A stretch of 64,000 nt of DNA from Carpediemonas membranifera BICM (taxonomy: Eukaryota; Protista; Fornicata): the NCBI GenBank assembly GCA_019828565.1, contig JAHDYR010000062.1:10701-74700 (forward strand), written 5' to 3'. Below, in pieces: positions 35,941-48,900 of the stretch. Each line of letters starts with the position of its first letter. The first letter of the stretch is position 1. Both the position numbers and the translations under genes were made by a program. The notes under the pieces were generated by a model that saw nothing but the letters and a program-made list of their open reading frames with translations, was not told the DNA's origin and ran no database searches.

Positions 35941-37167
35941 TATAATGAGGACAATGAGAACTTTTTAGACCCGGACAATGTGATGGAGGGCCTCATTGGC
36001 ACCCGTCGCTCGAAGAAACGCGGACGCAAGCTCGGTCTTGTTCTCTGCTGTTGTTGCAGCTGTTGTTGCTGCCTTTGCAACCTCCTGGTACTGCTATGCA
36101 TCTGCATGATCGTCTGCTGGGTCCGTTCCGGCGTTATGGACAACTACGATGACCCATTCACATATAGCTTCACTGGCGCAGGTCTTACCAACAACGCCAC
36201 CGTTAACCTGACAGTCACGAACCCATACGGCGAGTTCGTGCTGAAGACCGGTCCCAGCGGTGAGAACAGCAACCTGGATGTTACCTACAGCGTCCAGTGC
36301 AACTACCTGCTCAGCTTCCTGGCCTTCATCCCGGACACCCGGACGGAGGTCGGCACAGACGACAGCGTGCACGTGACTATCGATACCCAGAAGTGGTCTA
36401 CACGCCTCCTTCAGAACTTCATGTGTCTCCGCATCTCCATCTTCGTGACGGTCCCTGAATACCACCCCATTGGCGAGCTCTACGTCTCTAACCCGACCGG
36501 GGAGATGCATATCAGTACAGGGATGACCAATGGAGCTGATTCAGTCAAATTGCGGACCTCAACCTGCAAGATCCAGGTCCACAACCTGAGGGCGAACGAC
36601 CTCGACTGCCACTCGCTCAGGGGAGATATCGTGCTGGCTGAGACTGGCATTGACGGGTACACGGTCACCAACGGCATCGTCGCCAACAACCTGACCCTCA
36701 CGACCGAGACGGGCAGCGTCAAGGTTTGGAACGCCATCTGTGATAGTGTCGGCGGCGGGTGTCTTGACGTTGACTGGCCGTACGAAGCCTCTACCCAGCT
36801 CGGCGTCCTCAAGTGGGAGTTTGACGACAGCATTAGCGACGCCAACTCGGTTCCATCCATCAAGAACGTCGTCAAGTCAACCTCAACTGACCTCTTCGTT
36901 GATGAGATCGTTTCCATCAATGGTCTGGCCAGCATATTCCAGAATCACACCTTCTACCTCCATACCGAGAACGTGCCGTGGCTGTCGATCACCGGTGGAC
37001 CTGAGGTGACTGTGCCGGCCGACCAGGACGTCTACTACATCGCAGACAAGAGCTATGAGAAGTACGGGTGCTTCAAGAGCACTGAGGCCGAGTGTGAGGC
37101 GCTGACCAAGGTGATATATGCCTCCACGGCGTACCGCAAGCTGGCACTCACCCTTCGGGAGGAGTAG
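35926..37167 (+). CDS. Single-pass membrane protein with Cys-rich juxtamembrane/TM segment and a beta-rich (DUF4097/adhesin-like) ectodomain
   Basis: 413-aa ORF with host-like codon usage; CCCCSCCCCLC plus hydrophobic stretch; repeated (S/T)xxGxI/V motifs. The domain name is tentative. Confidence 0.7.
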   Translation: MNVKHYNEDNENFLDPDNVMEGLIGTRRSKKRGRKLGLVLCCCCSCCCCLCNLLVLLCICMIVCWVRSGVMDNYDDPFTYSFTGAGLTNNATVNLTVTNPYGEFVLKTGPSGENSNLDVTYSVQCNYLLSFLAFIPDTRTEVGTDDSVHVTIDTQKWSTRLLQNFMCLRISIFVTVPEYHPIGELYVSNPTGEMHISTGMTNGADSVKLRTSTCKIQVHNLRANDLDCHSLRGDIVLAETGIDGYTVTNGIVANNLTLTTETGSVKVWNAICDSVGGGCLDVDWPYEASTQLGVLKWEFDDSISDANSVPSIKNVVKSTSTDLFVDEIVSINGLASIFQNHTFYLHTENVPWLSITGGPEVTVPADQDVYYIADKSYEKYGCFKSTEAECEALTKVIYASTAYRKLALTLREE

Positions 37168-37449
37168 GCGGGTTTGATCATAAAATAGACAACATAGGAA
37201 TGGCCGAGATATATGTATGGCACAGTGGATTGCATACAGTGCGATTTTATTATGGTGGTGCCATGATTGATTTGCTGGCACCCCAGCCCTCGGAACAATG
37301 AGTGAGTCAAAATATATCTGCAGCAGGTAGGGCCGATTCGCTGGGTCACACCCGACTGGTGTTGGGCCGGCCGTATCTCTAGATCCTGTGTATTCACTGC
37401 GTCCAGATTCGTCCGGCTGGAACTTTGGAGACGTTTGACAATCACCGCA

Positions 37450-38871
37450 ATGTTGAGCTCTCTGAAGCCTCTGGCTGTTTCTTTCGGCCGTTTGATGAAC
37501 CACAGCTACGATGCCCTCCCATATCTGTCCCACTCGGAGGCCACTCGTCAACAGGCACTTTCCACCATCGAGAAGGATAGCATCGAGACGCTCCTGTCCG
37601 TTATCCCCGATGAACTGCGCCTCAAGGAGAAGCTTGAGCTCCCGGAGAGCATGAGCGAGCTCGATGTTACCCGCTGGTTCACCGACATGTCCAACAAGAA
37701 CATCTCCGCCGAGCAGGCCTCTTTCTTCCTCGGCAACGGCATCTACCACCACTTCATCCCCTCCGTCGTCGACCACCTCATTCAGCGCTCCGAGTTCCTC
37801 ACCGCCTACACCCCCTACCAGCCCGAGGTGTCCCAGGGCACCCTCCAGTCGATCTTTGAGTTCCAGACCATGGTCGCCATGATCACCGGCATGGACACCG
37901 CCAACGCCTCCATGTACGACGTTCACACCGCCCTCGCCGAGGCCGCGTTGATGGCTCGCCGTATCACCCGCAAGCAGAAGGTCGTCGTCGCCCCCACCGT
38001 GCACGCAAACTCCATCTCCGTCCTCGAGACGTACGCCAACAACGACGGCCGCATGGCTGTCGACGTTGTCCCGGCCGTGGGCCCTGAGGAGGACTGGGTC
38101 GAGGCCGTCATCGCCGAGCTCGACGGGATCACCTCGTCTGTCGTCGTCCAGAACCCCGACGCCTGGGGCAACGTCCGCGACCTCTCCTACCTTGCCGAGA
38201 AGTGCCACGAGAACGGCACACTCCTCGTCGTCTCCGTCCCCGAGTGCGTCTCCCTCGGCGTCATGCAGCCCCCGGGCGCCATGGGCGCTGACATCGTTAT
38301 CGGAGACGGGCAGTCCCTCGCCGGCCCCATGGCGTACGGCGGCCCCACCGTCGGCTTCATGGCCTGCCGCGACAAGTTCATCCGGCAGATGCCCGGCCGC
38401 TTTATCGGCGAGACCGTCGACGCTGATGGCAACCGGACCTACGTCATCACGCTCGCCACCAGGGAGCAGCACATCCGCCGTGAGAAGGCGACGTCGAACA
38501 TCTGCACGTCTGCGGGCATCATGTCGCTTGGCTTCAGCATCCATATGGCCCTCCTCGGCGAGACCGGCTTCAAGGACCTCGCCATGCTCAACCACGACAA
38601 GGCCTGCACCCTGGTCGAGCGCATCGACGCCGAGTGCCCCGCGGTCAAGGTCCTCAACGAGTCGTTCTTCAACGAGTTCACTGTCCGCCTCCCCGCCGGC
38701 AAGAGCGCCAAGGCCCTCGTCGAGGAAGCTGTTGGCATGGGAATCCTGGCCGGTGTCCCTGGCTCCGTGGTGTGCCCCCGCGGTGACTTCGACGACCTGC
38801 TCACGATCGCGGTGACCGAGATGAACACGGACGCCGACTTCGACAAGATGGTGGCACTCCTCAACATGTAG
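37450..38871 (+). CDS. gcvPA: Glycine dehydrogenase (glycine cleavage P protein) subunit 1 with putative organellar presequence
   Basis: EFLTAYTPYQPEVSQGTLQ, ANASMYD, YGGP, TREQHIRREKATSNICT; N-terminal MLSSLKPLAVSFGRL. Confidence 0.95.
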   Translation: MLSSLKPLAVSFGRLMNHSYDALPYLSHSEATRQQALSTIEKDSIETLLSVIPDELRLKEKLELPESMSELDVTRWFTDMSNKNISAEQASFFLGNGIYHHFIPSVVDHLIQRSEFLTAYTPYQPEVSQGTLQSIFEFQTMVAMITGMDTANASMYDVHTALAEAALMARRITRKQKVVVAPTVHANSISVLETYANNDGRMAVDVVPAVGPEEDWVEAVIAELDGITSSVVVQNPDAWGNVRDLSYLAEKCHENGTLLVVSVPECVSLGVMQPPGAMGADIVIGDGQSLAGPMAYGGPTVGFMACRDKFIRQMPGRFIGETVDADGNRTYVITLATREQHIRREKATSNICTSAGIMSLGFSIHMALLGETGFKDLAMLNHDKACTLVERIDAECPAVKVLNESFFNEFTVRLPAGKSAKALVEEAVGMGILAGVPGSVVCPRGDFDDLLTIAVTEMNTDADFDKMVALLNM

Positions 38872-39324
38872 ACGCTGGCGTGATTAAATGTTATTTTTAA
38901 GGTTTTAACGTGTTTATTGGGCCCTCTTGTCTTGGGGTCGCTGCCAGGACGACCTTCGTGGCCTTCGAGTCGTCCAGACCGGACGTGCTTCGCACTTTTG
39001 TCGGCCGGGCAACCATCGGATGGAGGTATAGAGGTGTCACCTGTGCGAGAGTTGGCTACGTCCCAGCCAGTTATTGTGTCGGTCGCGCCAGAGTACCGCC
39101 GTTGCCGCAAAGTTACAGTGCAGTTTATGTCATTCAACTCCGTCTCCCTTCACAGCCGCCTGACGCCACACACATGGCACCCGCTGTACTCTGCACACAA
39201 TTGGCGGCTAGACCATTCAATCATCGTGTGTCACGTGTCACCTGTCATGACACCTTACAGCCTACTTCCCGGCAGACAAACTGTAGCCTTGTCAAATCAT
39301 CTTCAGAACGCAAACAATAACGTA

Positions 39325-39590
39325 ATGCCCGGTGATAAGCCCAACAAGACGATGTCCGATAGCCTGAAGGAGGCTAAGGACCAGATCAAGGATGCTGTTC
39401 GTCTCACAGCCCTCTTCTCTCACATAGACTGTTGAAACCAAGGACAGGGTCGTTGATAAGGTACGAGAAGCTTCAAGAATCACTCACACAGGCCAAGGAG
39501 CTCAAGGACAAGGTTTCCGAGAAGATCGGCGGCAAAAAGGAGACCGAAGAGGTCGGTGTCAAGCTGTCCGTCGAGCGCGAGAAGGCATAA
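39325..39590 (+). CDS. Small hydrophilic LEA-like protein (67 aa, three exons)
   Basis: Two 31-nt GT-AG introns (39397-39427, 39461-39491) give MPGDKPNKTMSDSLKEAKDQIKDA-TVETKDRVVDK-AKELKDKVSEKIGG...EKA*. Confidence 0.7.
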
Positions 39591-39688
39591 ATGAGACGAC
39601 ATGCTGATGTTTGGTGTCTTGGCGAGCCTGAGTGCAGGGTCGAGCCTCATCTTCCGGTGCGCCTAAAAATGCACCCAAATTTTTGGTG

Positions 39689-40772
39689 ATGAGTTCTAGG
39701 TTCTCTAGAGCAGAACGAGTATGTCCATCACAATAACTATGCTTAATTTACTCAGGTTATCCGCGATCTCGATTCCGAGCTCTCCCGCTCCACACGGGAT
39801 GTGAAAACGTTGACATCAAAGGTTGATGACCTCGAGGACGAACGCGACGAGCTTCTTAATGAGCTTGTTCGCAGCAGAAGAGCAAATGAACAACTTTCTA
39901 GGCAGCTCAGCGTTGCTGAGAACAGAGCATCAAAGGCTTCAATCACGAGGCAGGCTGTAGAGAGCCGTGCCGCCAAGAGCGACGTCCTCGAGGACGAAAT
40001 CACTGCACTGAAGAAGACCATAGGACTTATGAAGTCCACCCAGAAGCGGGAGACTGCTGATCTCCGCCGCACGATGCTGCAGCGGCAGCCGTACAACGAA
40101 GTCCGCAATAAGGAGGAGATCCGCAGACTGAGGTCTGTGTTGCGTGGAAAGGGCAAGCTAGTCGACTTCAAGGGGATAACTGGAGTCAAGCGCGAGCTGA
40201 CTACCATCAAGGACCAAAACGCCTCGATCACGGCTCTTCTGGCCGATATTGTTGGGCGGCGCGAGGATAGAGGCAAGGAAACGACAGAGGAGGACGACGT
40301 GGAGCTCTTCATCAACGGGGCCGTGTTCATGGGCCGTTCAGTCGTCCAGCTGACGGAGACGTTGGCCTCGAGTGTGACCGACATCATCGCGGATGCCAAG
40401 GCTGAGGGCAGCAGGTCGGCCCTGTCCAAGGGGATGAAGGAGATCAACGCCCAGATCGAGGAGTGCCAGGCCAAGGCCCGGGCTGCACTGGAGGATGTCT
40501 TGAACGCCGCCACCACCGCACTTGATGGGGAGCAGCTGAGCAAGCTGGATATGCTCGGGACAGAGGTTGACCTCAGTCCGACGAGACACGCGTCTAGCGT
40601 CAGCCGTGTCAAGCGTATGGCATCGTCCGGCGTCCACGATGGGATGAGGCCGCACTTATCGATCGTTGAAGACGACGATGATGAGAGGGTAGCTGTCCGT
40701 ATCCCTCGGAGGGCGAGGCGGAAGGGCGAGCGGAGGGCAGGGCGGTCCATGCTGGGGGTCGATGACCTGTGA
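39689..40772 (+). CDS. Coiled-coil protein, two exons
   Basis: Exon MSSRFSRAER plus a 37-nt intron (39719-39755, GTATGT...CTCAG) is in frame with the heptad-rich 323-aa ORF. Confidence 0.7.
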
Positions 40773-40923
40773 GCATGGACGCGAATGCATGGGCTGAGGC
40801 GAGGCCGACTGATAAAAAGTCAGGGCTTGGTGTTTTGTGGGCGTCTGAGGGCGCTGAAATGATTTATGTGTCACAATGTATCTCACGTAATTTTGCCTGA
40901 AACGAGTGAGTGTTCTCAAAAGA

Positions 40924-42414
40924 ATGGGCGTCCTGAGACATCTGGGCCCTCTGCTCATCATCTCAGTACTTATTTTGTTTGTGATTGCGGATGAAACCGT
41001 TTCAAGCCTTGTTTTGGATGCAGGCAAAGCCATTGATAGACGAAACTTCGATGCTGCCGAATCACTGTATTCCAGGGCAATCAAGCTTGACGAGGACCAC
41101 ACTGGGCTACTCTACTGTCAGCGTGCGCTCACTCGCCGTGTCCAACAGAACTATGACGGAGCCTTGTCAGACCTCGACACCTGCCTGGCCAAAAAGGACG
41201 GCCTCTCTGACCGAGACTACGTGTACTACCAACTCAAGCAGCACTGTGAGGTCCTGTTAGCTACTGGCAATGTCGATCGGGCCCTTCGAGAGCTCAAGAG
41301 CCTGAAGAAGTTCGACCTATCCTCTGCCGAGCAGCAGCGCAAAACCGACCTTCAGGGCAGGATCGAGGCCGCCAGAAAGATCAAGAAGCGCCTCCCATCC
41401 GCCGACCTTACTGCTGTCAAGGAGCTCCTCACCCTCACGCCGTACGACCTCAAGCTGCTCAACCAGCTCTGCGCCAAGGCCATAGAGGCCAAGAATACGG
41501 CCCTGCTGGTAGAAGTCTCCCGCAAAATGATCGATTCATTCCCGGGAGACGGGCAGGCCATGCTCTACGGGGCGCAGGGAAAGATGCTCATGGGCGACGT
41601 GCAGTCAGCGTACAAGCTTGCTCGAAGGGCGATGGACCTCGATCCTGACAACAGCGATTATCTCAAGATCTTTAGACCCATCACTCAGACCAAACGTAAG
41701 CTTGACAAGATCGCCAAAGCAATGCAGTCTGGCAAGTACGATCTTGTGGTCGGTGAATCTTTTGATGGGCCTGATATCATCAAGATCTCTGTCGAAAAGT
41801 CCCGCTGTCAGGCAGCAGTGAAGTCAAAGCACAGCAGCGCTGTCTCGATATGCACAGGTGCCCACCGCCTTGCCGAGCGCCTTGGCGACACCGAGGCCGT
41901 TGTCGAGATTCTTCTCGAGCGTTCTACTGCGTATGAGAACGCAGACGACCTCGACAGTGCCATCGCCGACGTCCAGACCGTCCTCCAGCACGACCAGACC
42001 CACGCCACCGCCCGGGACCGCCTATCCTCGCTCCAGACGGCCAAGCAGCTTGCCGACCGGGTCGACCACTACAAGGTGCTGGGGGTGAGTCGGGGCGATG
42101 ACGACAAGACGATCAAGCGGGCGTACAAGAAGCTGGCGATGAAGTACCACCCTGACCGGGCTGAGACCGACGAGCAGCGGGCCGATTTCACAGCCAAGTT
42201 CCAGGAGATCGGGCAGGCGTACGAGATCCTCTCTGATCCGGAGAAACGCGCAGCTTATGACCGCGGTGACGACTTGAAGCAGGGTGGCCCTGGCGGTTTC
42301 CCCGGTGGTTTCCCAGGCGGATTCCCAGGCGGGTTCCAGTTCTTCTCATCCGGACCTCAGGGTGGCGGGGGTCCAGGTGGGAGCCAGGGCGGATTCCGCT
42401 TCCAGTTCCGGTGA
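40924..42414 (+). CDS. DNAJC3: DNAJC3/P58IPK-like co-chaperone (signal peptide, TPR repeats, J domain)
   Basis: Hydrophobic N-terminus, TPR-like helices, DHYKVLGV...KYHPDR...[17 protein letters not shown]-rich tail. Confidence 0.85.
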   Translation: MGVLRHLGPLLIISVLILFVIADETVSSLVLDAGKAIDRRNFDAAESLYSRAIKLDEDHTGLLYCQRALTRRVQQNYDGALSDLDTCLAKKDGLSDRDYVYYQLKQHCEVLLATGNVDRALRELKSLKKFDLSSAEQQRKTDLQGRIEAARKIKKRLPSADLTAVKELLTLTPYDLKLLNQLCAKAIEAKNTALLVEVSRKMIDSFPGDGQAMLYGAQGKMLMGDVQSAYKLARRAMDLDPDNSDYLKIFRPITQTKRKLDKIAKAMQSGKYDLVVGESFDGPDIIKISVEKSRCQAAVKSKHSSAVSICTGAHRLAERLGDTEAVVEILLERSTAYENADDLDSAIADVQTVLQHDQTHATARDRLSSLQTAKQLADRVDHYKVLGVSRGDDDKTIKRAYKKLAMKYHPDRAETDEQRADFTAKFQEIGQAYEILSDPEKRAAYDRGDDLKQGGPGGFPGGFPGGFPGGFQFFSSGPQGGGGPGGSQGGFRFQFR

Positions 42415-42979
42415 TCATGGCGTATCAGACGGTGTCATTGATAAACAGCCTCAGACTCACGTCGAGCCACCTCTGGCAATGCTTCGGGCCATAAACTACA
42501 CTCACACCGCAGAGTCACAATGAGGTCTCCTCAAGAGTGGATGACTCTGGCCATCGTGAAACAGTGTCACTTGCTGAACACAACCACGACCATGTCCATG
42601 ATGTGGACATCCGTCAAGCATGTGTCACGTGAGACGACGTCACCGGGCTCCAAGAATTTATGTCACACGGGTAGCCTCTGTATTGTAACACTCATCTCTC
42701 TGGCCGTTTCGCCACAGAGTAATTACAATCTATCGCATAAATCGTTGGAGCCCGGTGACAGCGATCTGGCGGACCTTGTATGCCAGCCTTCGTCGCCTCT
42801 TCAAGCGGCTCTCAGACAGAAAGATCGATGCCCTGGCTCCCTCGAAGACGTCCGGAATGCCTGGACGGCCGACACAATGTTGTCGGGCTCGACCCACATC
42901 GAAGCGAAGGCAAGTGAAGGTGTGCTTAGCATGCGCGAATGATCTGATGACGCGTTCAATACCTCCGCCGCGGCTCTCA

Positions 42980-45900
42980 GGAGCGGCAGGACCGCGTGCT
43001 ACCGGAATACGCAGGGCGTGCAGAGCCCTACTGATTCCAGGAGCACGCCGTCTTGGCACCTCCCACTCGCGACTTTTGGGTCGACCCAATTTCTCGACTT
43101 CAGCTCGGGCAGCCACACCTCGGGCGGGTCACGGCCCGACTGGCAGCACCAGGCGCGCATACGTAGACAGTGTCTTGGTATGCACAGCAAGCCTGCGGGC
43201 GTCACTGTCCCAGGTGCGCGTATGGGGGGTCGACCAAGCGCTCGACTCCGGATCGGCCAGACGCAGGAGAGCTGGCCTGGATTGCTTCGTTGTAGTAAAT
43301 AGTACATGCGTGCGCTGCCGCGCGCCCAAGCCTGACTGGGGCTGCTGTGCTGGATGCGCGCATCCGATCGATCTGGTCGAGTCGCACTTGGGGCGGACGG
43401 GGAGCGGCAGGACCGCGTGCTACCGGAATACGCAGGGCGTGCAGAGCCCTACTGATTCCAGGAGCGCGCCGTCTTGGCACCTCCCACTCGCGACTTTTGG
43501 GTCGACCCAATTTCTCGACTTCAGCTCGGGCAGCCACACCTCGGGCGGGTCACGGCCCGACTGGCAGCACCAGGCGCGCATACGTAGACAGTGTCTTGGT
43601 ATGCACAGCAAGCCTGCGGGCGTCACTGTCCCAGGTGCGCGTATGGGGGGTCGACCAAGCGCTCGACTCCGGATCGGCCAGACGCAGGAGAGCTGGCCTG
43701 GATTGCTTCGTTGTAGTAAATAGTACATGCGTGCGCTGCCGCGCGCCCAAGCCTGACTGGGGCTGCTGTGCTGGATGCGCGCATCCGATCGATCTGGTCG
43801 AGTCGCACTTGGGGCGGACGGGGAGCGGCAGGACCGCGTGCTACCGGAATACGCAGGGCGTGCAGAGCCCTACTGATTCCAGGAGCACGCCGTCTTGGCA
43901 CCTCCCACTCGCGACTTTTGGGTCGACCCAATTTCTCGACTTCAGCTCGGGCAGCCACACCTCGGGCGGGTCACGGCCCGACTGGCAGCACCAGGCGCGC
44001 ATACGTAGACAGTGTCTTGGTATGCACAGCAAGCCTGCGGGCGTCACTGTCCCAGGTGCGCGTATGGGGGGTCGACCAAGCGCTCGACTCCGGATCGGCC
44101 AGACGCAGGAGAGCTGGCCTGGATTGCTTCGTTGTAGTAAATAGTACATGCGTGCGCTGCCGCGCGCCCAAGCCTGACTGGGGCTGCTGTGCTGGATGCG
44201 CGCATCCGATCGATCTGGTCGAGTCGCACTTGGGGCGGACGGGGAGCGGCAGGACCGCGTGCTACCGGAATACGCAGGGCGTGCAGAGCCCTACTGATTC
44301 CAGGAGCACGCCGTCTTGGCGCCTCCCACTCGCGACTTTTGGGTCGACCCAATTTCTCGACTTCAGCTCGGGCAGCCACACCTCGGGCGGGTCACGGCCC
44401 GACTGGCAGCACCAGGCGCGCATACGTAGACAGTGTCTTGGTATGCACAGCAAGCCTGCGGGCGTCACTGTCCCAGGTGCGCGTATGGGGGGTCGACCAA
44501 GCGCTCGACTCCGGATCGGCCAGACGCAGGAGAGCTGGCCTGGATTGCTTCGTTGTAGTAAATAGTACATGCGTGCGCTGCCGCGCGCCCAAGCCTGACT
44601 GGGGCTGCTGTGCTGGATGCGCGCATCCGATCGATCTGGTCGAGTCGCACTTGGGGCGGACGGGGAGCGGCAGGACCGCGTGCTACCGGAATACGCAGGG
44701 CGTGCAGAGCCCTACTGATTCCAGGAGCACGCCGTCTTGGCGCCTCCCACTCGCGACTTTTGGGTCGACCCAATTTCTCGACTTCAGCTCGGGCAGCCAC
44801 ACCTCGGGCGGGTCACGGCCCGACTGGCAGCACCAGGCGCGCATACGTAGACAGTGTCTTGGTATGCACAGCAAGCCTGCGGGCGTCACTGTCCCAGGTG
44901 CGCGTATGGGGGGTCGACCAAGCGCTCGACTCCGGATCGGCCAGACGCAGGAGAGCTGGCCTGGATTGCTTCGTTGTAGTAAATAGTACATGCGTGCGCT
45001 GCCGCGCGCCCAAGCCTGACTGGGGCTGCTGTGCTGGATGCGCGCATCCGATCGATCTGGTCGAGTCGCACTTGGGGCGGACGGGGAGCGGCAGGACCGC
45101 GTGCTACCGGAATACGCAGGGCGTGCAGAGCCCTACTGATTCCAGGAGCACGCCGTCTTGGCGCCTCCCACTCGCGACTTTTGGGTCGACCCAATTTCTC
45201 GACTTCAGCTCGGGCAGCCACACCTCGGGCGGGTCACGGCCCGACTGGCAGCACCAGGCGCGCATACGTAGACAGTGTCTTGGTATGCACAGCAAGCCTG
45301 CGGGCGTCACTGTCCCAGGTGCGCGTATGGGGGGTCGACCAAGCGCTCGACTCCGGATCGGCCAGACGCAGGAGAGCTGGCCTGGATTGCTTCGTTGTAG
45401 TAAATAGTACATGCGTGCGCTGCCGCGCGCCCAAGCCTGACTGGGGCTGCTGTGCTGGATGCGCGCATCCGATCGATCTGGTCGAGTCGCACTTGGGGCG
45501 GACGGGGAGCGGCAGGACCGCGTGCTACCGGAATACGCAGGGCGTGCAGAGCCCTACTGATTCCAGGAGCACGCCGTCTTGGCGCCTCCCACTCGCGACT
45601 TTTGAGTCGACCCAATTTCTCGACTTCAGCTCGGGCAGCCACACCTCGGGCGGGTCACGGCCCGACTGGCAGCACCAGGCGCGCATACGTCGACAGTGTC
45701 TTGGTATGCACAGCAAGCCTGCGGGCGTCACTGTCCCAGGTGCGCGTATGGGGGGTCGACCAAGCGCTCGACTCCGGATCGGCCAGACGCAGGAGAGCTG
45801 GCCTGGATTGCTTCGTTGTAGTAAATAGTACATGCGTGCGCTGCCGCGCGCCCAAGCCTGACTGGGGCTGCTGTGCTGGATGCGCGCATCCGATCGATCT

Positions 45901-48900
45901 GGTCGAGTCGCACTTGGGGCGGACGGGGAGCGGCAGGACCGCGTGCTACCGGAATACGCAGGGCGTGCAGAGCCCTACTGATTCCAGGAGCACGCCGTCT
46001 TGGCGCCTCCCACTCGCGACTTTTGGGTCGACCCAATTTCTCGACTTCAGCTCGGGCAGCCACACCTCGGGCGGGTCACGGCCCGACTGGCAGCACCAGG
46101 CGCGCATACGTCGACAGTGTCTTGGTATGCACAGCAAGCCTGCGGGCGTCACTGTCCCAGGTGCGCGTATGGGGGGTCGACCAAGCGCTCGACTCCGGAT
46201 CGGCCAGACGCAGGAGAGCTGGCCTGGATTGCTTCGTTGTAGTAAATAGTACATGCGTGCGCTGCCGCGCGCCCAAGCCTGACTGGGGCTGCTGTGCTGG
46301 ATGCGCGCATCCGATCGATCTGGTCGAGTCGCACTTGGGGCGGACGGGGAGCGGCAGGACCGCGTGCTACCGGAATACGCAGGGCGTGCAGAGCCCTACT
46401 GATTCCAGGAGCACGCCGTCTTGGCACCTCCCACTCGCGACTTTTGGGTCGACCCAATTTCTCGACTTCAGCTCGGGCAGCCACACCTCGGGCGGGTCAC
46501 GGCCCGACTGGCAGCACCAGGCGCGCATACGTAGACAGTGTCTTGGTATGCACAGCAAGCCTGCGGGCGTCACTGTCCCAGGTGCGCGTATGGGGGGTCG
46601 ACCAAGCGCTCGACTCCGGATCGGCCAGACGCAGGAGAGCTGGCCTGGATTGCTTCGTTGTAGTAAATAGTACATGCGTGCGCTGCCGCGCGCCCAAGCC
46701 TGACTGGGGCTGCTGTGCTGGATGCGCGCATCCGATCGATCTGGTCGAGTCGCACTTGGGGCGGCCGGGGAGCGGCAGGACCGCGTGCTACCGGAATACG
46801 CAGGGCGTGCAGAGCCCTACTGATTCCAGGAGCACGCCGTCTTGGCACCTCCCACTCGCGACTTTTGGGTCGACCCAATTTCTCGACTTCAGCTCGGGCA
46901 GCCACACCTCGGGCGGGTCACGGCCCGACTGGCAGCACCAGGCGCGCATACGTAGACAGTGTCTTGGTATGCACAGCAAGCCTGCGGGCGTCACTGTCCC
47001 AGGTGCGCGTATGGGGGGTCGACCAAGCGCTCGACTCCGGATCGGCCAGACGCAGGAGAGCTGGCCTGGATTGCTTCGTTGTAGTAAATAGTACATGCGT
47101 GCGCTGCCGCGCGCCCAAGCCTGACTGGGGCTGCTGTGCTGGATGCGCGCATCCGATCGATCTGGTCGAGTCGCACTTGGGGCGGACGGGGAGCGGCAGG
47201 ACCGCGTGCTACCGGAATACGCAGGGCGTGCAGAGCCCTACTGATTCCAGGAGCACGCCGTCTTGGCGCCTCCCACTCCGCGACTTTTGGGTCGACCCAA
47301 TTTCTCGACTTCAGCTCGGGCAGCCACACCTCGGGCGGGTCACGGCCCGACTGGCAGCACCAGGCGCGCATACGTAGACAGTGTCTTGGTATGCACAGCA
47401 AGCCTGCGGGCGTCACTGTCCCAGGTGCGCGTATGGGGGGTCGACCAAGCGCTCGACTCCGGATCGGCCAGACGCAGGAGAGCTGGCCTGGATTGCTTCG
47501 TTGTAGTAAATAGTACATGCGTGCGCTGCCGCGCGCCCAAGCCTGACTGGGGCTGCTGTGCTGGATGCGCGCATCCGATCGATCTGGTCGAGTCGCACTT
47601 GGGGCGGACGGGGAGCGGCAGGACCGCGTGCTACCGGAATACGCAGGGCGTGCAGAGCCCTACTGATTCCAGGAGCACGCCGTCTTGGCGCCTCCCACTC
47701 GCGACTTTTGGGTCGACCCAATTTCTCGACTTCAGCTCGGGCAGCCACACCTCGGGCGGGTCACGGCCCGACTGGCAGCACCAGGCGCGCATACGTAGAC
47801 AGTGTCTTGGTATGCACAGCAAGCCTGCGGGCGTCACTGTCCCAGGTGCGCGTATGGGGGGTCGACCAAGCGCTCGACTCCGGATCGGCCAGACGCAGGA
47901 GAGCTGGCCTGGATTGCTTCGTTGTAGTAAATAGTACATGCGTGCGCTGCCGCGCGCCCAAGCCTGACTGGGGCTGCTGTGCTGGATGCGCGCATCCGAT
48001 CGATCTGGTCGAGTCGCACTTGGGGCGGACGGGGAGCGGCAGGACCGCGTGCTACCGGAATACGCAGGGCGTGCAGAGCCCTACTGATTCCAGGAGCACG
48101 CCGTCTTGGCGCCTCCCACTCGCGACTTTTGGGTCGACCCAATTTCTCGACTTCAGCTCGGGCAGCCACACCTCGGGCGGGTCACGGCCCGACTGGCAGC
48201 ACCAGGCGCGCATACGTAGACAGTGTCTTGGTATGCACAGCAAGCCTGCGGGCGTCACTGTCCCAGGTGCGCGTATGGGGGGTCGACCAAGCGCTCGACT
48301 CCGGATCGGCCAGACGCAGGAGAGCTGGCCTGGATTGCTTCGTTGTAGTAAATAGTACATGCGTGCGCTGCCGCGCGCCCAAGCCTGACTGGGGCTGCTG
48401 TGCTGGATGCGCGCATCCGATCGATCTGGTCGAGTCGCACTTGGGGCGGACGGGGAGCGGCAGGACCGCGTGCTACCGGAATACGCAGGGCGTGCAGAGC
48501 CCTACTGATTCCAGGAGCACGCCGTCTTGGCACCTCCCACTCGCGACTTTTGGGTCGACCCAATTTCTCGACTTCAGCTCGGGCAGCCACACCTCGGGCG
48601 GGTCACGGCCCGACTGGCAGCACCAGGCACGCATAAGTAGACAGTGTCTTGGTATGCACAGCAAGCCTGCGGGCGTCACTGTCCCAGGTGCGCGTATGGG
48701 GGGTCGACCAAGCGCTCGACTCCGGATCGGCCAGACGCAGGAGAGCTGGCCTGGATTGCTTCGTTGTAGTAAATAGTACATGCGTGCGCTGCCGCGCGCC
48801 CAAGCCTGACTGGGGCTGCTGTGCTGGATGCGCGCATCCGATCGATCTGGTCGAGTCGCACTTGGGGCGGACGGGGAGCGGCAGGACCGCGTGCTACCGG

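Noticed and set aside
36883-38595. 570-aa minus-strand ORF, and 39752-40750
   Set aside because: Antisense shadows of high-GC3 genes.
42980-43400. 5S rRNA, tRNA, U2 or hammerhead identity for the 421-bp unit
   Set aside because: Only isolated fragments (GTAGTA, GCTCGACTCC); no CUGANGA/GAAA core or correct motif order found by eye.
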